Positions 26,082 through 41,090 of a stretch of DNA of 64,000 bases are shown here, piece by piece. A program made the position numbers and the translations under genes. How positions within the stretch are numbered: the stretch's first letter is position 1; each line of letters opens with the position of its first letter. The notes beneath the pieces are model-generated. The model was not told where the DNA came from and searched no databases. It was given only the letters and a program-made list of their open reading frames with translations. The DNA comes from the human T2T-CHM13v2.0 reference genome, Homo sapiens. The DNA lies in the NCBI RefSeq assembly GCF_009914755.1, contig NC_060934.1. The stretch is one strand, 5' to 3'.

Positions 26082-28428
26082 CAGGCATACCTCAGAGATA
26101 TTGTGGGTTCAGTTCCAGTTCACTGCAATAAAGCAAATGTTGCTGTAAAGTGAGACACGCAAATTTTTTTGTTTCCCAGTGCATATAAAAGTTACATTTA
26201 CACTATACTGTAGTCTCTTAAGTGTGCAATAGCATCATGTCTAGAAAACAATGTATATGCCTTAATTAAAAGTACTTTATTGCTAAAAAATGCTAACGAT
26301 TATCTGAGCCTTCAGTGAGTGGTAATCTTGCTAGTGGAGGGTCTTGCCTCAGTGGTGATGACTGCTGACTGTTTAGGGTGGTGGTTGCTGAAGGGTGAGG
26401 AAGCTGTGACAATAAAAAAAATAAGACAATAAAGTTTGCTACATTGATTGACTCTTACTTTCACAAAAAATGTCTCTGTGGCATGTGATGCTGTTGATAA
26501 CATTTTACCCATAGTAGAACTTCCTTCAAAATTGGAGTCAATCCTCTCAAACCCTACGCTGCTTTATCAACCAAGTTTATGGAATAGCCTAAGTTTTTTT
26601 GTTGTTATTTCAACAGTGGTCTTCATCCAGAGGAAATTCCATCTCATGAAACCACTTTCTACGCTCATCCATAAGAAGAGAGTCCTCATCCTTCAAGTTC
26701 TGTTACGAGATTGCAACAATTCAGTCACATCTTCAGGCTCCACTTCTAATTCTAGGTCTCTTGCTATTTCCACCACATCTGCAGTTACTTCCTTCACTGA
26801 AGTCTTGAGTCCCTCAAAGTCATCCATGAGGGCTGTAATTAACTTCTTCCAAACTCCTGTTAATGTTGATATTTGACCTCCTCCCATGAATCATGAATGA
26901 TCTTAGTGGCTTCCAGAATGGTGAATCCTTTCCAAAATGTTTTCAATTTACTTTGCCTAGATCCATCAGAAGAATCACTACCTATGGCAGCTATAGCCTT
27001 GTAAAATGTGTTACTTAAATAATAAGACTTGAAAATCAAAACTACTCCTTAATGCCTGGGCTGCAGAATAAATGTTGTGTTAGCAGGCATGAAAACATTC
27101 ATCTCATTGTACACCTCCATCAGAGCTTCAGGGTGACCAGGTGCATTGTCAATGAGCAGTAATATTTTGAAAGAAATCTTGTTTTCTGAGCAGTAAGTCC
27201 AACAGTGGGCTTAAATATATATATTCAGTAAACCATGCTATAAACAGAGATGCTGTCATTGAGGCTTTGTTTTATTTACAGAGCACAGGCAGAGTAAATT
27301 TAGCATAATTCTTAAGGGCCTGAGGATTTTCAGAATGGACAATGGCTTCCACTTAAAGTCCAGTTAGAGAGTCAGCCTGTCCTTTGATGCTTTGAAGTCA
27401 GGCATTGACTTCTCTCTAGCTATGAAAGTCCTAGATGGCATCTCCTTCCAGTATAAGGCTGCTTTGTCTACACTGAAAATCTTTTTAGTGTAGCCACCTT
27501 CATCAATGATCTTTGCTGGATCTTCTGGATACCTTGCTGCAGCTTCTCCATCAGCACTTGCTGCTTCACCTCGCACCTTTTTGTTGTAGAGATGGCTTCT
27601 TTCCTCAAACCTCATGAACCAACCTCTACTTGCTTCCAACTTTTCTTCTGCAGGTTCCTCACCTCTCTCAGCCTTCTTAAAATTGAAGAGAGTTAGGGCT
27701 TTGCTCTGGGTTAGGCTTTGACTTAAGGGAATACTGTGTCTGGTTTGATCTTCTGTCCAGGCCAATAAAATTTTCTCCATATCAGCATTAAGGCTATTTC
27801 ACTTTCTTATCATCCATGTGTTCACTGGAGTAGCACTTTTAATTTTTTTCAAAATCTTTTCCTTTGCATTCACACCTTGGCTAACTGTTTGGTACAAGAA
27901 GCCCAGCTCTCCGCTGTCCTTCTCAGCTTTTGACATGCCTTCTTCACTAAGCTTAGTCATTTCTAGCTTTTGATTGAAAGGGAGAGATGTGAGACCTGAC
28001 TTCATTTGAACACTTAGAGGCTATTGTAGGGTTATTAATTGTCCTAATTTAGTAGTGTTGTGTCTCAAGGAATAGGGATGCCCAAGGAGAGGGAAAGAGA
28101 TGGGGAATGGCTGGTCAATGGAGCAGTCAAAACAAATACATTTATTGATTTAAGTTTTTCATCTTATATGACTGTGGTTCGTCATGCACCCCCCTAATTA
28201 CAATAGTAACATCACAGATTAATGATCACAGATCACCACAATAGATATAATAATAATAATAATAAAGCTTGAAATATGGTGAGAATTACCAAAATGTGAC
28301 ACAGAGACAGGAAGTGAGCACATGCTGTTGAAAAAATGGTGACCATAGACTTGTCTGACATGGGATTGCTACAAACCTTCAATTTGTAAAAATGCTAGAG
28401 CAAAGTACAACAGAATGAGCTCTTCCTG
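26082..28428 (-). mobile_element. Tigger1 DNA transposon, near full length (about 2.35 kb)
   Basis: TA then caggcatacctcagagatattgtgggttcagttcc at the left TIR; decayed right TIR ...gaatgagctcttcctg; internal transposase fragments. Confidence 0.95.
26693..28005 (-). pseudogene. Disrupted Tigger1 (pogo/CENP-B family, TIGD1-like) transposase
   Basis: ORF fragments [29 protein letters not shown]...ASRGWFMRF...[23 protein letters not shown] and GVWKKL...[39 protein letters not shown], separated by stops and frameshifts. Confidence 0.9.
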
Positions 28429-29099
28429 TGGTGCTGTGACAAAGGTGACACAGAACGCTGGATTTGTTGGCGTCATTGTTCATCTAGAAACTGAAGGAGG
28501 CTGAGCAGACCTCTTGTCAGCTTTAGCTCTTGTTCATGTGAACTGAAATCTTCCCAGGCTCGGAATTACTAGAAACTCTTCCCCTCCCACCACTGACTAG
28601 CTGAGGGTGCCTGTATTTTCTGCTGCTCCAAACCTGATGCCTGGGTCTCCTGGGATGAAATGGCATCTGAGGGATGCTGTTACCTTGCTGCATCTCTGCT
28701 CTGGCTTGTAGGTCTCACCCCATTTTCTGGTAATCTCCAATCCACATGCCGTTCAATTAAGACCTGACATTCTTATTCTAGATCCCACTCGGGCAGTCGT
28801 CTAGACTCTTAACCCTCTGCTTCAGGAAACACCCTCCCTCTGAACAACTCTCCTCAGTTGTGGGAGAAACCACATTTTCTCCAGTCCCTTCACCTCTGTC
28901 TGCTCAAGAAATGTTGCATACCTGGGGTGACTAGGCAGTTCCCTTTCTACTGTCTACACCTCACTCACCCTTCCCTAAGGGGTGGGAGGTTTTTCCGGTG
29001 GGCCAGTGGGTAGGTCCTTGGTCTACTCTCTGTTTTGAAGCCCCTGCCCACAGGGTTCATGCACGTCCATGCACACTTGTGCTTCTGGCACCAGCCCCT

Positions 29100-29680
29100 T
29101 TAGGGCCTGACTTAAAAGGTACCTTCTCAGAGAGATCTTCCCTGGTCCCCTTACCCAAAACTCTGTTTTACCTCCAACACTGACCACGCCTTATTCCTCT
29201 TCACTGCTTTAATTTTCTCTTTAGCTCACATTACTATTAAAAAATATATGTAAAACACACACACACTCTCACAAATACTTTTTAATAGAGATAACTTATT
29301 TATCTTTTTGTTTAACTCTCCCAGTAGTGTTCTGATGAATGTTTTACCACTGGCTGTTCACAGCAGGGTGGGGCGGGGGCACCCTGATGGGTAGTGTTTG
29401 CCAATGGTGTAAACATTCCCACCAGGGCTAATTTGCAAGAATAGCTATGTTCAACAATCAGCTTGCAAAATTCTTGAAAATTTCACAATTTGGTCTTGCG
29501 AACCCGTTTGAGCCAGTTCTAAGATACCACTGGCTGTCCCCACACTGAGACATCCCATGAGGGTGTCCCATGAGGGCAGGGGTTTCTGCATGCTTTGTTA
29601 ACTGTTGTAACTTCAACACTCTAAATAGTTTTTGGTCCATAGTAGAAGTTTCATAAATAACTGTTAAATGAGGGAATGAG
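29100..29680 (+). mobile_element. L2 3' end, interrupted by MER63
   Basis: cttaaaaggtaccttctcagagagatcttccctg...cccatgagggcagggg...catagtagaagtttcataaataactgttaaatgagggaatga. Confidence 0.75.
29321..29533 (-). mobile_element. MER63-like hAT-Blackjack MITE
   Basis: Inverted ends ccagtagtgt...ataccactgg; internal gcaaaattcttgaaaatttcacaatttggtcttgcgaacc. Confidence 0.75.
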
Positions 29681-29899
29681 TATAAGCACATACTTTACAA
29701 TTGGGATAATTATACATAAAGAACGATGCATTCTGTTATTTTCACTTATGCTCACAATGAGAACTTTGCCCATGTAGTTACATGTTATTTTAGAATATTT
29801 TAATGATGCTTTAATGATTAACCTTGCGGTACAGTTTGTTGCACTGCTATTTTATATTTAGGTAAATTTTATCTCATTAAAAATAACACTATTATAAAT

Positions 29900-32148
<2,249 letters not shown>

Positions 32149-32150
<2 letters not shown>

Positions 32151-32166
32151 ATAATAATAATAATAA
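32149..32166. repeat. (TAA)6 at the L1 tail
   Basis: Read directly. Confidence 0.85.
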
Positions 32167-32899
32167 TTTAAAATTCTATTCTACAAACACTAACAGAGTT
32201 AAAATTGAAAGAAAGAGTTGTGACAACAGTGACAGGCATAGTTTTTTAAAAATCTTATCCCAAACTACAAAATTCTCTGAAGTCAGAAAAGGACAAGAGG
32301 TTAAAGAATATAACAAGAAGTTTTATTTAAAGTAAAGTATAAATGATAAACACACATTAGGGAAAATAAAAATCAGTTCGATTTTCTTATTAATTAAAGC
32401 AATGCAAAGTAGAATTTTATAAGGAAAGCTTGTATGCTCAGTTCAAGTCTCTTTTCATTTATCACACTGCCTGTGTTGATGTCATTTTAATTCTGCCATG
32501 CCTTCATTGAGTTATTCATTGATTCGAAGGTGGATCTCAATTTGACCATTCTCAATTCAGTCACGGAGGTGCCAAAGGAAATATCAGAAGCTTGCCAAGG
32601 TAACCAACAGAGCCTAGAGCTGATGTGTGATTGTATTGTCCTGAGAGATATTAGAATAACATTCTTTTGTTCTTCCTCAAGAAAAGCAAAACCTCAAAGA
32701 CTCCGTAAGCCAGAAGCAAATATATTTCAAATCCAAGTAAATTGCCTTGAGATTCCTTCACATTTGGCCCCTATGTGAAGCTTAAACACAGAGATAAGTG
32801 CATTTGTGTGCTTCATGTGCACTGGAATCCAGTGGTGCAATTTCATTATGAAAACAGTGATCATTAGGAGTGTATCCAGCTTGAGAGGGGGTTGTGCGT

Positions 32900-34300
32900 C
32901 ACTGAATCATGGACTGCCAGGTGGTAGAGGAGATGGCAGTTTTCATCTGCTCTGAACCTGCAGAGGCCCCGTCTGCACACCTACTAGGTGGGCACCCATG
33001 GCATTTGCTTGGGTGCTTTGTTTCCATGTCATTGCCATGGCCTTCAGAAAGATAGGACTGTAAGGATTCTGAATGGCAGCTTGGGAGGCTCAAAGGATTC
33101 AGAGAGAAAACAAGCATCAGTAGTTCTTTTAAGAGTGATGACAATGATTATTGATAAATAGCTGGCTACGATCTTTGAGAGATGAGAATATGAGGTGAAC
33201 TTTGTGTTCTCTCTCTTTTCTGCATTGAGTCACTTTCTGAACTGTGACATGAGGAAGTAGAGCTCCATAAAGAGCTGCAGCCTCACTCATCAGTGAAGCA
33301 GCTGGATATTTGGAGCCAGGACCATGGCTAAAGTGTGTGGGGCATAAAACTGGAGAGGAGGGAACTACTTAGAAAAGGGACACCAGTAGCCACTCCACAA
33401 TGTATACATATTTCAAAACACCATGATACATACCATAATATATACAACTTTTCATTAATTAAAAAAGTAAAAACTGAAAACTATGGGGAATCCATTGAAA
33501 AAAGAGAAAAGAAAAGGGGCACAAAAATATTCGAGATCTCCTTGAGTCTTTGGCTGAGCACTATACTTCATGTGCACAAAGCAAGACTGAAAGCTGCAGC
33601 TACTGGAGGCTCTAAGCTAAAAGGAGGCTTCAGAGGTCATACAGTTCTGAGAGATGCTGGAGTTCTAACCAGCAAGATCAGAATGAGCTCACTGAATGAG
33701 GTCCTAAATGGTCAATACCTCAGGGTAGGGCTATGTTAGCCCTAGACTAAAGGATACTCTAGATGTGCCTTAACAAAGCTGAAGATCAATCCTTGGCCAA
33801 CTGATGCTTATCTACCAGTAAATAAACTGCCTTCCACAACAAAAATTGATACTTTTTGAAGGAAGAAAACTAAATTCATTTTCTCAACAGTGTAACTAAC
33901 TACTGTTACATATGATTGAAAACTACTAGGCATGAGAAGAAGTAGGAAAATGTGATGCATAACAAAAAAGTCAGTATAAACAGACCCAAAGATGAGACAA
34001 ATTTTTCCATTAGCAGGCATGGACTACAGTTAATATAAATGTATTGAAAGATTTCAATTAAAAAGTAAGCAGAATAGCTGAGCAGAAGGGGAACAGGGTC
34101 AGAAACATGGAAACTAGAAAATAAACCAAATAGATATTCTAAAACTAAAAAATTATTATATTTAAAGTGAAACGTTCAATAGATAGACTTAAGACAATGC
34201 TATATACATTACAAAAGAAAACATCAGTGAACTGGAAGACAGAGCTATACAAACTATCTAAACTAAAAAACAAAGAGAATAACGCTTTTTTAAAAAAAGC
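32900..34300 (+). mobile_element. Old L1M 5'/ORF1-region remnant
   Basis: aaacagacccaaagatgagacaaatt...ttagcaggcatggact, aaataaaccaaatagatattctaaaactaaaaaa, atcagtgaactggaagacagagc; left boundary uncertain. Confidence 0.6.
33394..33472 (+). mobile_element. Short L1MA-type extreme 3' end
   Basis: tccacaatgtatacatatttcaaaacaccatg...tatatacaactttt...aattaaaaaag. Confidence 0.7.
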
Positions 34301-34390
34301 AGATTTTTTAGGTGGACCTGATTTTTTAGGTGGAGATATTTTAGGTGAGGTGGGGAGGAGAAGGAATACATTACATAAAAGGTGAAGTAA

Positions 34391-34533
34391 CTCTGGAGGC
34401 TGAGATGGGAGGATCGCTTGAGCACAGGAGTTCAAGGCTTCAGTAACCTATGATTGCACCACTGCACTCCAGCCTGGGCAACAGAGTGAGACTCTCTCTC
34501 AAAACAAAAACCAAAAACCAAACAAACAAAAAA
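34391..34533 (+). mobile_element. Alu right monomer (AluJ/FRAM)
   Basis: ggaggctgagatgggaggatcgcttgagcacaggagttcaaggc...gcactccagcctgggcaacagagtgagac plus a CAAA-type tail. Confidence 0.9.
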
Positions 34534-35447
34534 GTGAGGTCACTAAATTATAGAGAGATAAAAGGACTATCCCAACATCAAAGAAACAGTAAAATTCACA
34601 TTGGGAAATCAAACGTTTATCTTCTGATGCTCAGTCTAACACCTTTTCCTACAGAAAAGGCACTGGCCAAGGCAATGGATGTGCTGATGCTTTTTGGCTG
34701 ATTGGGACATTTGGGGGCTGTGTTCAGACTGGAACCAGTGAGTTTGTTTCAGAAAGGAGATTTGAAGAATTGTGATATTTCTAATTTCAAAGCAAGGCAA
34801 AAAGCCCTAAATCTTGCAGTTGGTTCCAGGTAGGTCAAGTCACCAATTTTCTGAACCTCAGACTGCACATATATAAAAGAGACATTATGTGCTGTGTGCA
34901 CAGAATGTGGTGAATATTAAGTTGAAGCACACAGGAGCAGCCAGCCCCCAGGGAACATACCTTTCCATACTGTGGATCAAGGGTCTTGAACTATTATCCA
35001 TCATTACACTGAGCTCCTGAGAGCCAGGGACAGAGGTACTGGATCCTTTGTTCTGCAAAACAAGGCCAGCATGACTAAATAAGAGCCGAAGTGGATGTGC
35101 ATAAAAGAGTGCTTCTTTTGGCAGTTCCCAGCCCCAGTTGCCCTGGGCTCAGAAACACAGGCCAATCTGCAATGTTATCAGTCTGTCTGGGCCCAGCCTC
35201 CTCAGAGTCAAAGTTCCCAGATCCCACAGGGCAGCATCCTCACCCTACTCCAGTGCTAAAGCTGGGATACTGAGCAGGGTGTCAGTAGAAACCCAGACAG
35301 AAAGCTGAAATCTCCCGGTTTCCCTGATGCGTGAAGGTGGAGACATTACTTGTCAGATTCCAGCTCCACCTGGAAAGGCCTGGGCAGGATTGGCCACATC
35401 AGTGTCTACTGCCTGCTGTGAGACCTAAGGAGTAGCCCATAATGCCC

Positions 35448-35570
35448 ATTCATTCAATCAGCAAACATTCACTGAACATCAGTTCTGTGCCAAGTGCTGC
35501 ATGGGGCCCTGGAAGAGTAGCAGTGGATAGGACAGACCCAGTTCTTGCTCCTGTGGGCTCATCACACTGT
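35448..35570 (-). mobile_element. L2 3' end
   Basis: cattcattcaatcagcaaacattcactgaacatcagttctgtgccaagtgctg. Confidence 0.75.
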
Positions 35571-36365
35571 GGCTTGGTAACCCCTCTAATAATGTGGGTG
35601 CAGGGGCAAGAATTACAGACCTATTAAGCAAACCTGGTCCCCAATATTCCTTCCTTTCTCCTGTCAGACCCCTAAAGATACAGGGAAAACTGAAATATTG
35701 AGCATCAGTTTAGGGGTGCAGAGAAGTTTCAGTGGCAGCTTTGGGGATTTGGAGGACCCGATTTGGAGGTCCCCACCCTGTCCCTCTTTGGTCCTAGCAG
35801 GGCTCAGCCCCACATGGACACTTCTGGCTGCATTGCTCCTGTGCCCCCACTTCCAAATGCACAGGTAGGAATCGCCCCTGTTCACTGGGCTGATGCCACC
35901 TCCTGGCAGTTTCTTCTCTGATTCTGTCTCCTGTGCCTGGCATGGCTTGGATCCAAATCTGCATCCCAACCTCCCCAATGCACCAGGTAAGTCTTCAAAG
36001 ATACGAATAAAGGAAATATGTAGGAAACAAAAGACACGTCAATGAAGAGGTGGGCCCACATTTTGGGGTCTTCACTGTAGCCAAGGAAAGGATGTTGTGG
36101 TCTGTGTTAGGTGAGCCATCTACTCCTATGACTCCAATGTGCCTGACTCCCAGGAAGAGCTCAGCCCAGGGACCCCTTGATTTAGCCTTGTCCATCCCTA
36201 TTCCCATCCTCAGGGATTTCACTGTTGACATGTTCTCTCCATGACTCAGAGCAGTTGTTCACCTTGTTGGTCAGGTGAGGACACTGGGTCAAACGGGGGA
36301 CCTGGGTGCCAGTGATGCATCTGGTGAGAGACAGGCACAGGCAGGGACCCAGGCCAGGGCTCCTG

Positions 36366-36431
36366 CCTCTCGGGCTCTGGCCCTCCCAGTCCATCCCACC
36401 TCTCGGGCTCTGGTCCTCCCAGTCCATCCCA
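36366..36431. repeat. 33-bp tandem duplication (2 copies, 1 mismatch)
   Basis: cctctcgggctctgg(c/t)cctcccagtccatccca twice. Confidence 0.95.
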
Positions 36432-38439
36432 GGGCTTCTCCCTGCAGCATCCTCTGCCCGGGCCCAGGATCTGCTTTGCAGAGGGGAGCAAAGCGCTCTA
36501 GGGCTGATGTGGCAAATCTTCTGACAAAAACGTGGCTTTTAGTTTGGCCCTCCTGCTCGGATATTGTTTGAGCCCTGATTCTGGGTGAAAGGCAGAGGGG
36601 AGCCCGCGTCTGTCTTGCTGGCTGTCCGAGGCTGGGCACACCCTCCGCAGGGCATGGGCGGTGGGCTCCCATCATTCTGCTCTCACCCAGGGAGCTGGGC
36701 ACATTTGTGGGCCCATTGTGTGCTGGGCCAGCTGCCAGGCACCTGCTCCACACAGGGCTGTGCCACATCCCCGCTTTCCTGGAATTCAGGGAGTAAGAAT
36801 GGAGCCGACTCCTTGTTCATTCCGCAATTATTTCTAGCTTCATTTTTCAGGCACCCCCTATGACATTGTTTTCCCAGGAACTCTGAAGCAATGAAACCAT
36901 GAAACATTCAAACACTATGCATGGACGGTTTATCAAGAAAACAATCACAGAAAAAAGATCCCGCAAATTTTCCCAGTGAGAATTTCAGTGTGGGGAGGAG
37001 GAGATGGGAATGGCCAAGGGGAGGGTCAGGTTTCTCCTGAAATGCTGACCAGCTGGACAGGCCTGGGGAAGTGTCCATAAGTGCACGCACAGGCACACAG
37101 GGACACTGGGCATGCTCTCCTGTCCTGGTAGGACTCTTCCAACAACTAGAAACACTCATATTTCCTTTTAGATAATTTATGAAGTACTTTTAAACACACC
37201 CACTCCCTCAGGGGGAAGATTGTTCAAGCAACAACTTAACTTTTGTTGATGGATTATTGGCTATTAGGGGATATTAGTTCAGCATGTTTTGATTGGTGAG
37301 TTTGATTGAGGGGAGCAAAGGAGGCCCAGCTTGTTTAGTAGACAAAGTCTTGGGCTGAGAGGGGCCTGGGCTATGATCCTTCTCCTGGGCGCTCCCTGGG
37401 CACCGGCAGGCAGGTCCTCCCTGCCTCATTTCTCCCCCTGGTGTTTGTTCCTGTCATCCTCTCACTCAAAGCTTAAACCAAGGGGGACAGCAGGGCCCTG
37501 GGTCTTAGATGCTAGTTGCCTATCCCCTGGGGATGGCTCACAGAGGAGCCAGGGACTACGTGGGGTCAGGCCGTTGCACCAGAACTTGCTGCCCTGGTGT
37601 TTAAATGCTGTGACTCTCAGCACTCCAGGGCTAGACAGGCCGCTTGAGGTCCAGAGGGGGCTGGGGTTGGACAGGCTTTCCTCCACTCGCTCGGCCATCT
37701 ATCTGTCTGTGATCAGCAACGCTGCCCTTGGTCAGCTGCTCAGCGAGGGCAACAGAGTAAGGGTATGCGAGGGAGTTTTTGCCACTTCAGCTAGCAGAAA
37801 TTTAAGGACTCCCTCAAAGAAGGAAAGGAAAAAGAGGGCATGCTGGGGAATGTAGTTAGAAGGCTGTTGGTCTGCCCCACTGACCATCATTTCTATCTGG
37901 GCCCCAAGTGGCTGGGTGGGTGACGGAGGGGCCCAAGACCACAGAAACACACATTTCCTCTGCGAATCTCCTCAATCCTGCAGCTTCAGAGACTAAAAGG
38001 CGGAGCTTTTCCTTCGTGGGGAATCCAGATGGCCTGAGTGTTGTTCCCAGGCCCTGGGGCTATACACAGCTCCAGCTGCCGCGTTTCCTCATTTGGGATA
38101 ATGAAAACAAGGGCTTGGACTGTCTCTGAGCTTTCTAATTGGGCCACCAGCTGATCCACATGGCCTTTTTTCTTTTAACCAACTTGACCTTCTAACATGA
38201 GCAGGGAAATGCCTATTTGCTTAAGCTTGTATTTTCCATAGTTATATAGCAAGATCCCATTTTTGTAAGCATAGTTTAGCTTACAGTGTAATGAAGCCCC
38301 ATTGAGCCATCCAAAAAAAGTGAGTTGGGCTTCCTTCCAGTGTGAGGACCAGGATGCTGGGAGGGATGGAGGTCCTGGGGTGGCAGTGGCTCCTCTTGGG
38401 ATGTGCACGAGGCTCTGATTCCATCCTGCACAAAAACAA

Positions 38440-38787
38440 TGGCAGATTCACACCACATGGGTGGATCAGGAGGACATCATGCTCAGTGAAATAAGCCAGT
38501 CACTGAAGGACAAGTGCTGCATGATTCCACTTCTGTGAGGTTCTTAGGGAAGTCAAATTCATAGAAACAAAAGAATGGTGTTTCCAGGGGCTGCGGGAGG
38601 AGGAATCAGGAGCTGTTGTCTAATGGGGATAATTTCAGTTTTGCAAGATGAAAGGAGTTCTGGAGATGGATGGTGGGGATGGTTGCACAACAATGTGAAT
38701 GTATTTAACGCCACAGAACTGTAAACTGTAAAAGGGTTAAATTAAGATGGTCCATTTTATTTTACGCATTTTTCACTACAATTAAAA
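38440..38787 (+). mobile_element. L1MB-type 3' end
   Basis: gaggacatcatgctcagtgaaataagccagtcac...tcaaattcatagaaac...ggatggttgcacaacaatgtgaatgtatttaacgccacagaactgt. Confidence 0.9.
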
Positions 38788-40899
38788 TGGTCTTGGGGGA
38801 ATTGAGGCCAGCCAGCCCGTTTCTCCGAGGGGTGTGGAAAATGTCCCTAGGCTTCTGCATCAGCAGTTCTGTAGCCTCTGAGAAACCCACTGCTCTCCAC
38901 TTCATCCCTGTGGCAGTGCTGATCCTGTACATTCTCATCTGCTAGGGATCCTAATTTATGATTCTGGCATACAATACAGGGCAAGCCTCACTGTGACCCA
39001 TGTCTGGGGATGGGAACTGGAGCTTGGTTAGTTTGGTACATGCTTTGGTTTTGATAAGAGCTGGATCATGATCCAGTTGTATCTGTGAGGCCTTCCTTTA
39101 TTCACTTGTTTGTTCTTTCCTTCATCATTCACAAGCTTTTACAGGGAACAGGTTTGGGGCTGGCACTGCACTAGGAAAACGCAGTGAAATCCTTGGTCCC
39201 AGACTGTAACGAATGTTGAGTGTGAAATGTACTCACTCCATACAAGGCTGCAGACATTCTGACTTTGAGCTTTTAATTTGTTTCATGGAAGATAAATAGC
39301 ACTTTGTTTATAGATGAGTCTGAAGAGTAGAGAGCATGTGCCTGTGTATGCCGATGAAACTCCTTGCTACTTCATCTTTGCCATAGGGTCCCTGTGTGCC
39401 TCTCCTCGTCACTAGGGTGCCCATGCGGGAGAGCAGGCAGGAATGCTTCCAGGTACACACTGAGGGAGGGGCATGCTGGAAGCTGATAACACATGTTTAG
39501 CATAAAACCTTACTAACTCACTGTGAACAATGACTCAGTTCAGCCTGCAGGAGCCAGAAAGGCCCCCGGCGAGCTCTCTGTTGGAACTGGCATCTGCTCT
39601 AGTGGAAGAATTGTTTCTTTGAGAAAAGAAAACACACATGCATTATGGGAGGCAGAGCTGCCTCCTCAGCACCTCTGTCAGGCTCTAGCTCCTCAAAGAA
39701 TGGCAAAGGGCGGGGAGGCTCAGGATCATATTGGCCGATAGAATCCTGCCCACTTGTGGAATTGGCTGTGCCAACGCAGGGCTATTTAGCCATTGCACAG
39801 ACAAAATAGGAAACACACATTTCCTATAGCAGTGGGCAATGGTGCATTTCTATTGGTTTTATCAAACAAACCTTAAGCTCTTCGCCTTTTCAAAACTTAG
39901 AGAATAGGACCGTTTATATTTCGTGTGAACCTCGCCTTCCTAAACACAAAGGCCAATCTCAGAAGCCTGAAAACCCCGAAACAACGTTTGGCAGGAATCT
40001 CCATTCAGAGCAGGAAGGTTGTGTTTATATTCTTCTCTCTAGACCAAAGGCTCTTGCAGGGCTGCTGTTTATTTTTCTGTCTCAAAGAGCAGAGCCGCCA
40101 ATATAATATAAAATAGGTAATATAATAAAAATACTTCATAAATCAGAAGCTCTGCTCAGTTAGGTCCATGCTCTGTCGACTCTGAAATAAACTTGTGGGC
40201 GCCCTTGCTGGCTTCATTTCCTCTTGGTTTCTTCATCAGTGTGCTGCCAGAGTCATCCTTCGGTTTGTTTCCGTTAATTCCCCCAGCCCATCCTGCACCA
40301 GGTCAGTCCCGCTGCAATTAGGAGTGAACTTTGTCTTGATCTGCAATGTGGCGTGGAGGGAAGTGTTTTCCTTCCCTCTCCTGGTGGAGTGGAGAAGCCG
40401 AATCTGCATAGCAGCAGGCACTACCGGCCAATCAAACGCACATCCATCATCCGTCACGGGAAGGTCTGGTTCTCACAATGGCGCTTTCCTTAGTAAAACT
40501 GGCCTTTCCTCTTGGGTAAATGTTTCCTTTAGAAAGCAATACATTGTGTAGTGGACAGTTAACTGCGAATAAGGGACACCTCAAATGCCAAGATTTTGGG
40601 GGCATCACCTTGCTCCTTTGGCATGAAGACATGCTGGAAAGAGGATTTTGTGAATGTCTACTCCCATCACCTGGCGCTGTGGGCCTGCCCCTGGGATGCA
40701 GGCCTGTTTTCACATACCCCCATCTCCCCTTCACGCCCGTGCTTTTGTTCTACAGACATTCTGATTGGAACTTCTCTCTATATTAATCTCAAACCTGCCC
40801 CAGTCTTTAGCTGTCAATCCCTGATTCTAATTCTGTTGTCTGAATTGCAACAGAATAAATGCATTTTTTTCCCATGTGATTGGTCTTCAAAAATCCAAA

Positions 40900-41090
40900 G
40901 ACTTCTAGAATGTTCTCCCAAGTCTACACTTCTCCAGGTTAACTACATTTCTTCAGTGCTTCCTCAAACCTCCCAGACTCTTCTCCCATCGTTTCTTCTT
41001 CCAATGTGTCCGATGTTGGTGGTCATCACTCCTAAAATGTTGCATCTGGAATGGACCGCAAACTTCCAGACAGGGATCTGACTGTGTTGT
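40900..41090 (-). mobile_element. L3/CR1 fragment, possibly continuing at about 41630-41880
   Basis: cttctccaggttaactacat...ctcctaaaatgttgcatctggaatggaccgcaaacttccagacagggatctgac resembles antisense CR1 RT. Confidence 0.55.

Noticed and set aside
35668-35986. Possible exon ending at a consensus CAG|GTAAGT
   Set aside because: Long, with a competing internal donor and no other support; isolated consensus donors are expected by chance.
39790-39842. Pre-miRNA-like hairpin (ccattgcaca/tgggcaatgg outer stem, ataggaaa/tttcctat inner stem)
   Set aside because: A large internal loop and short total pairing fall below a typical Drosha substrate; I recognise no mature miRNA.
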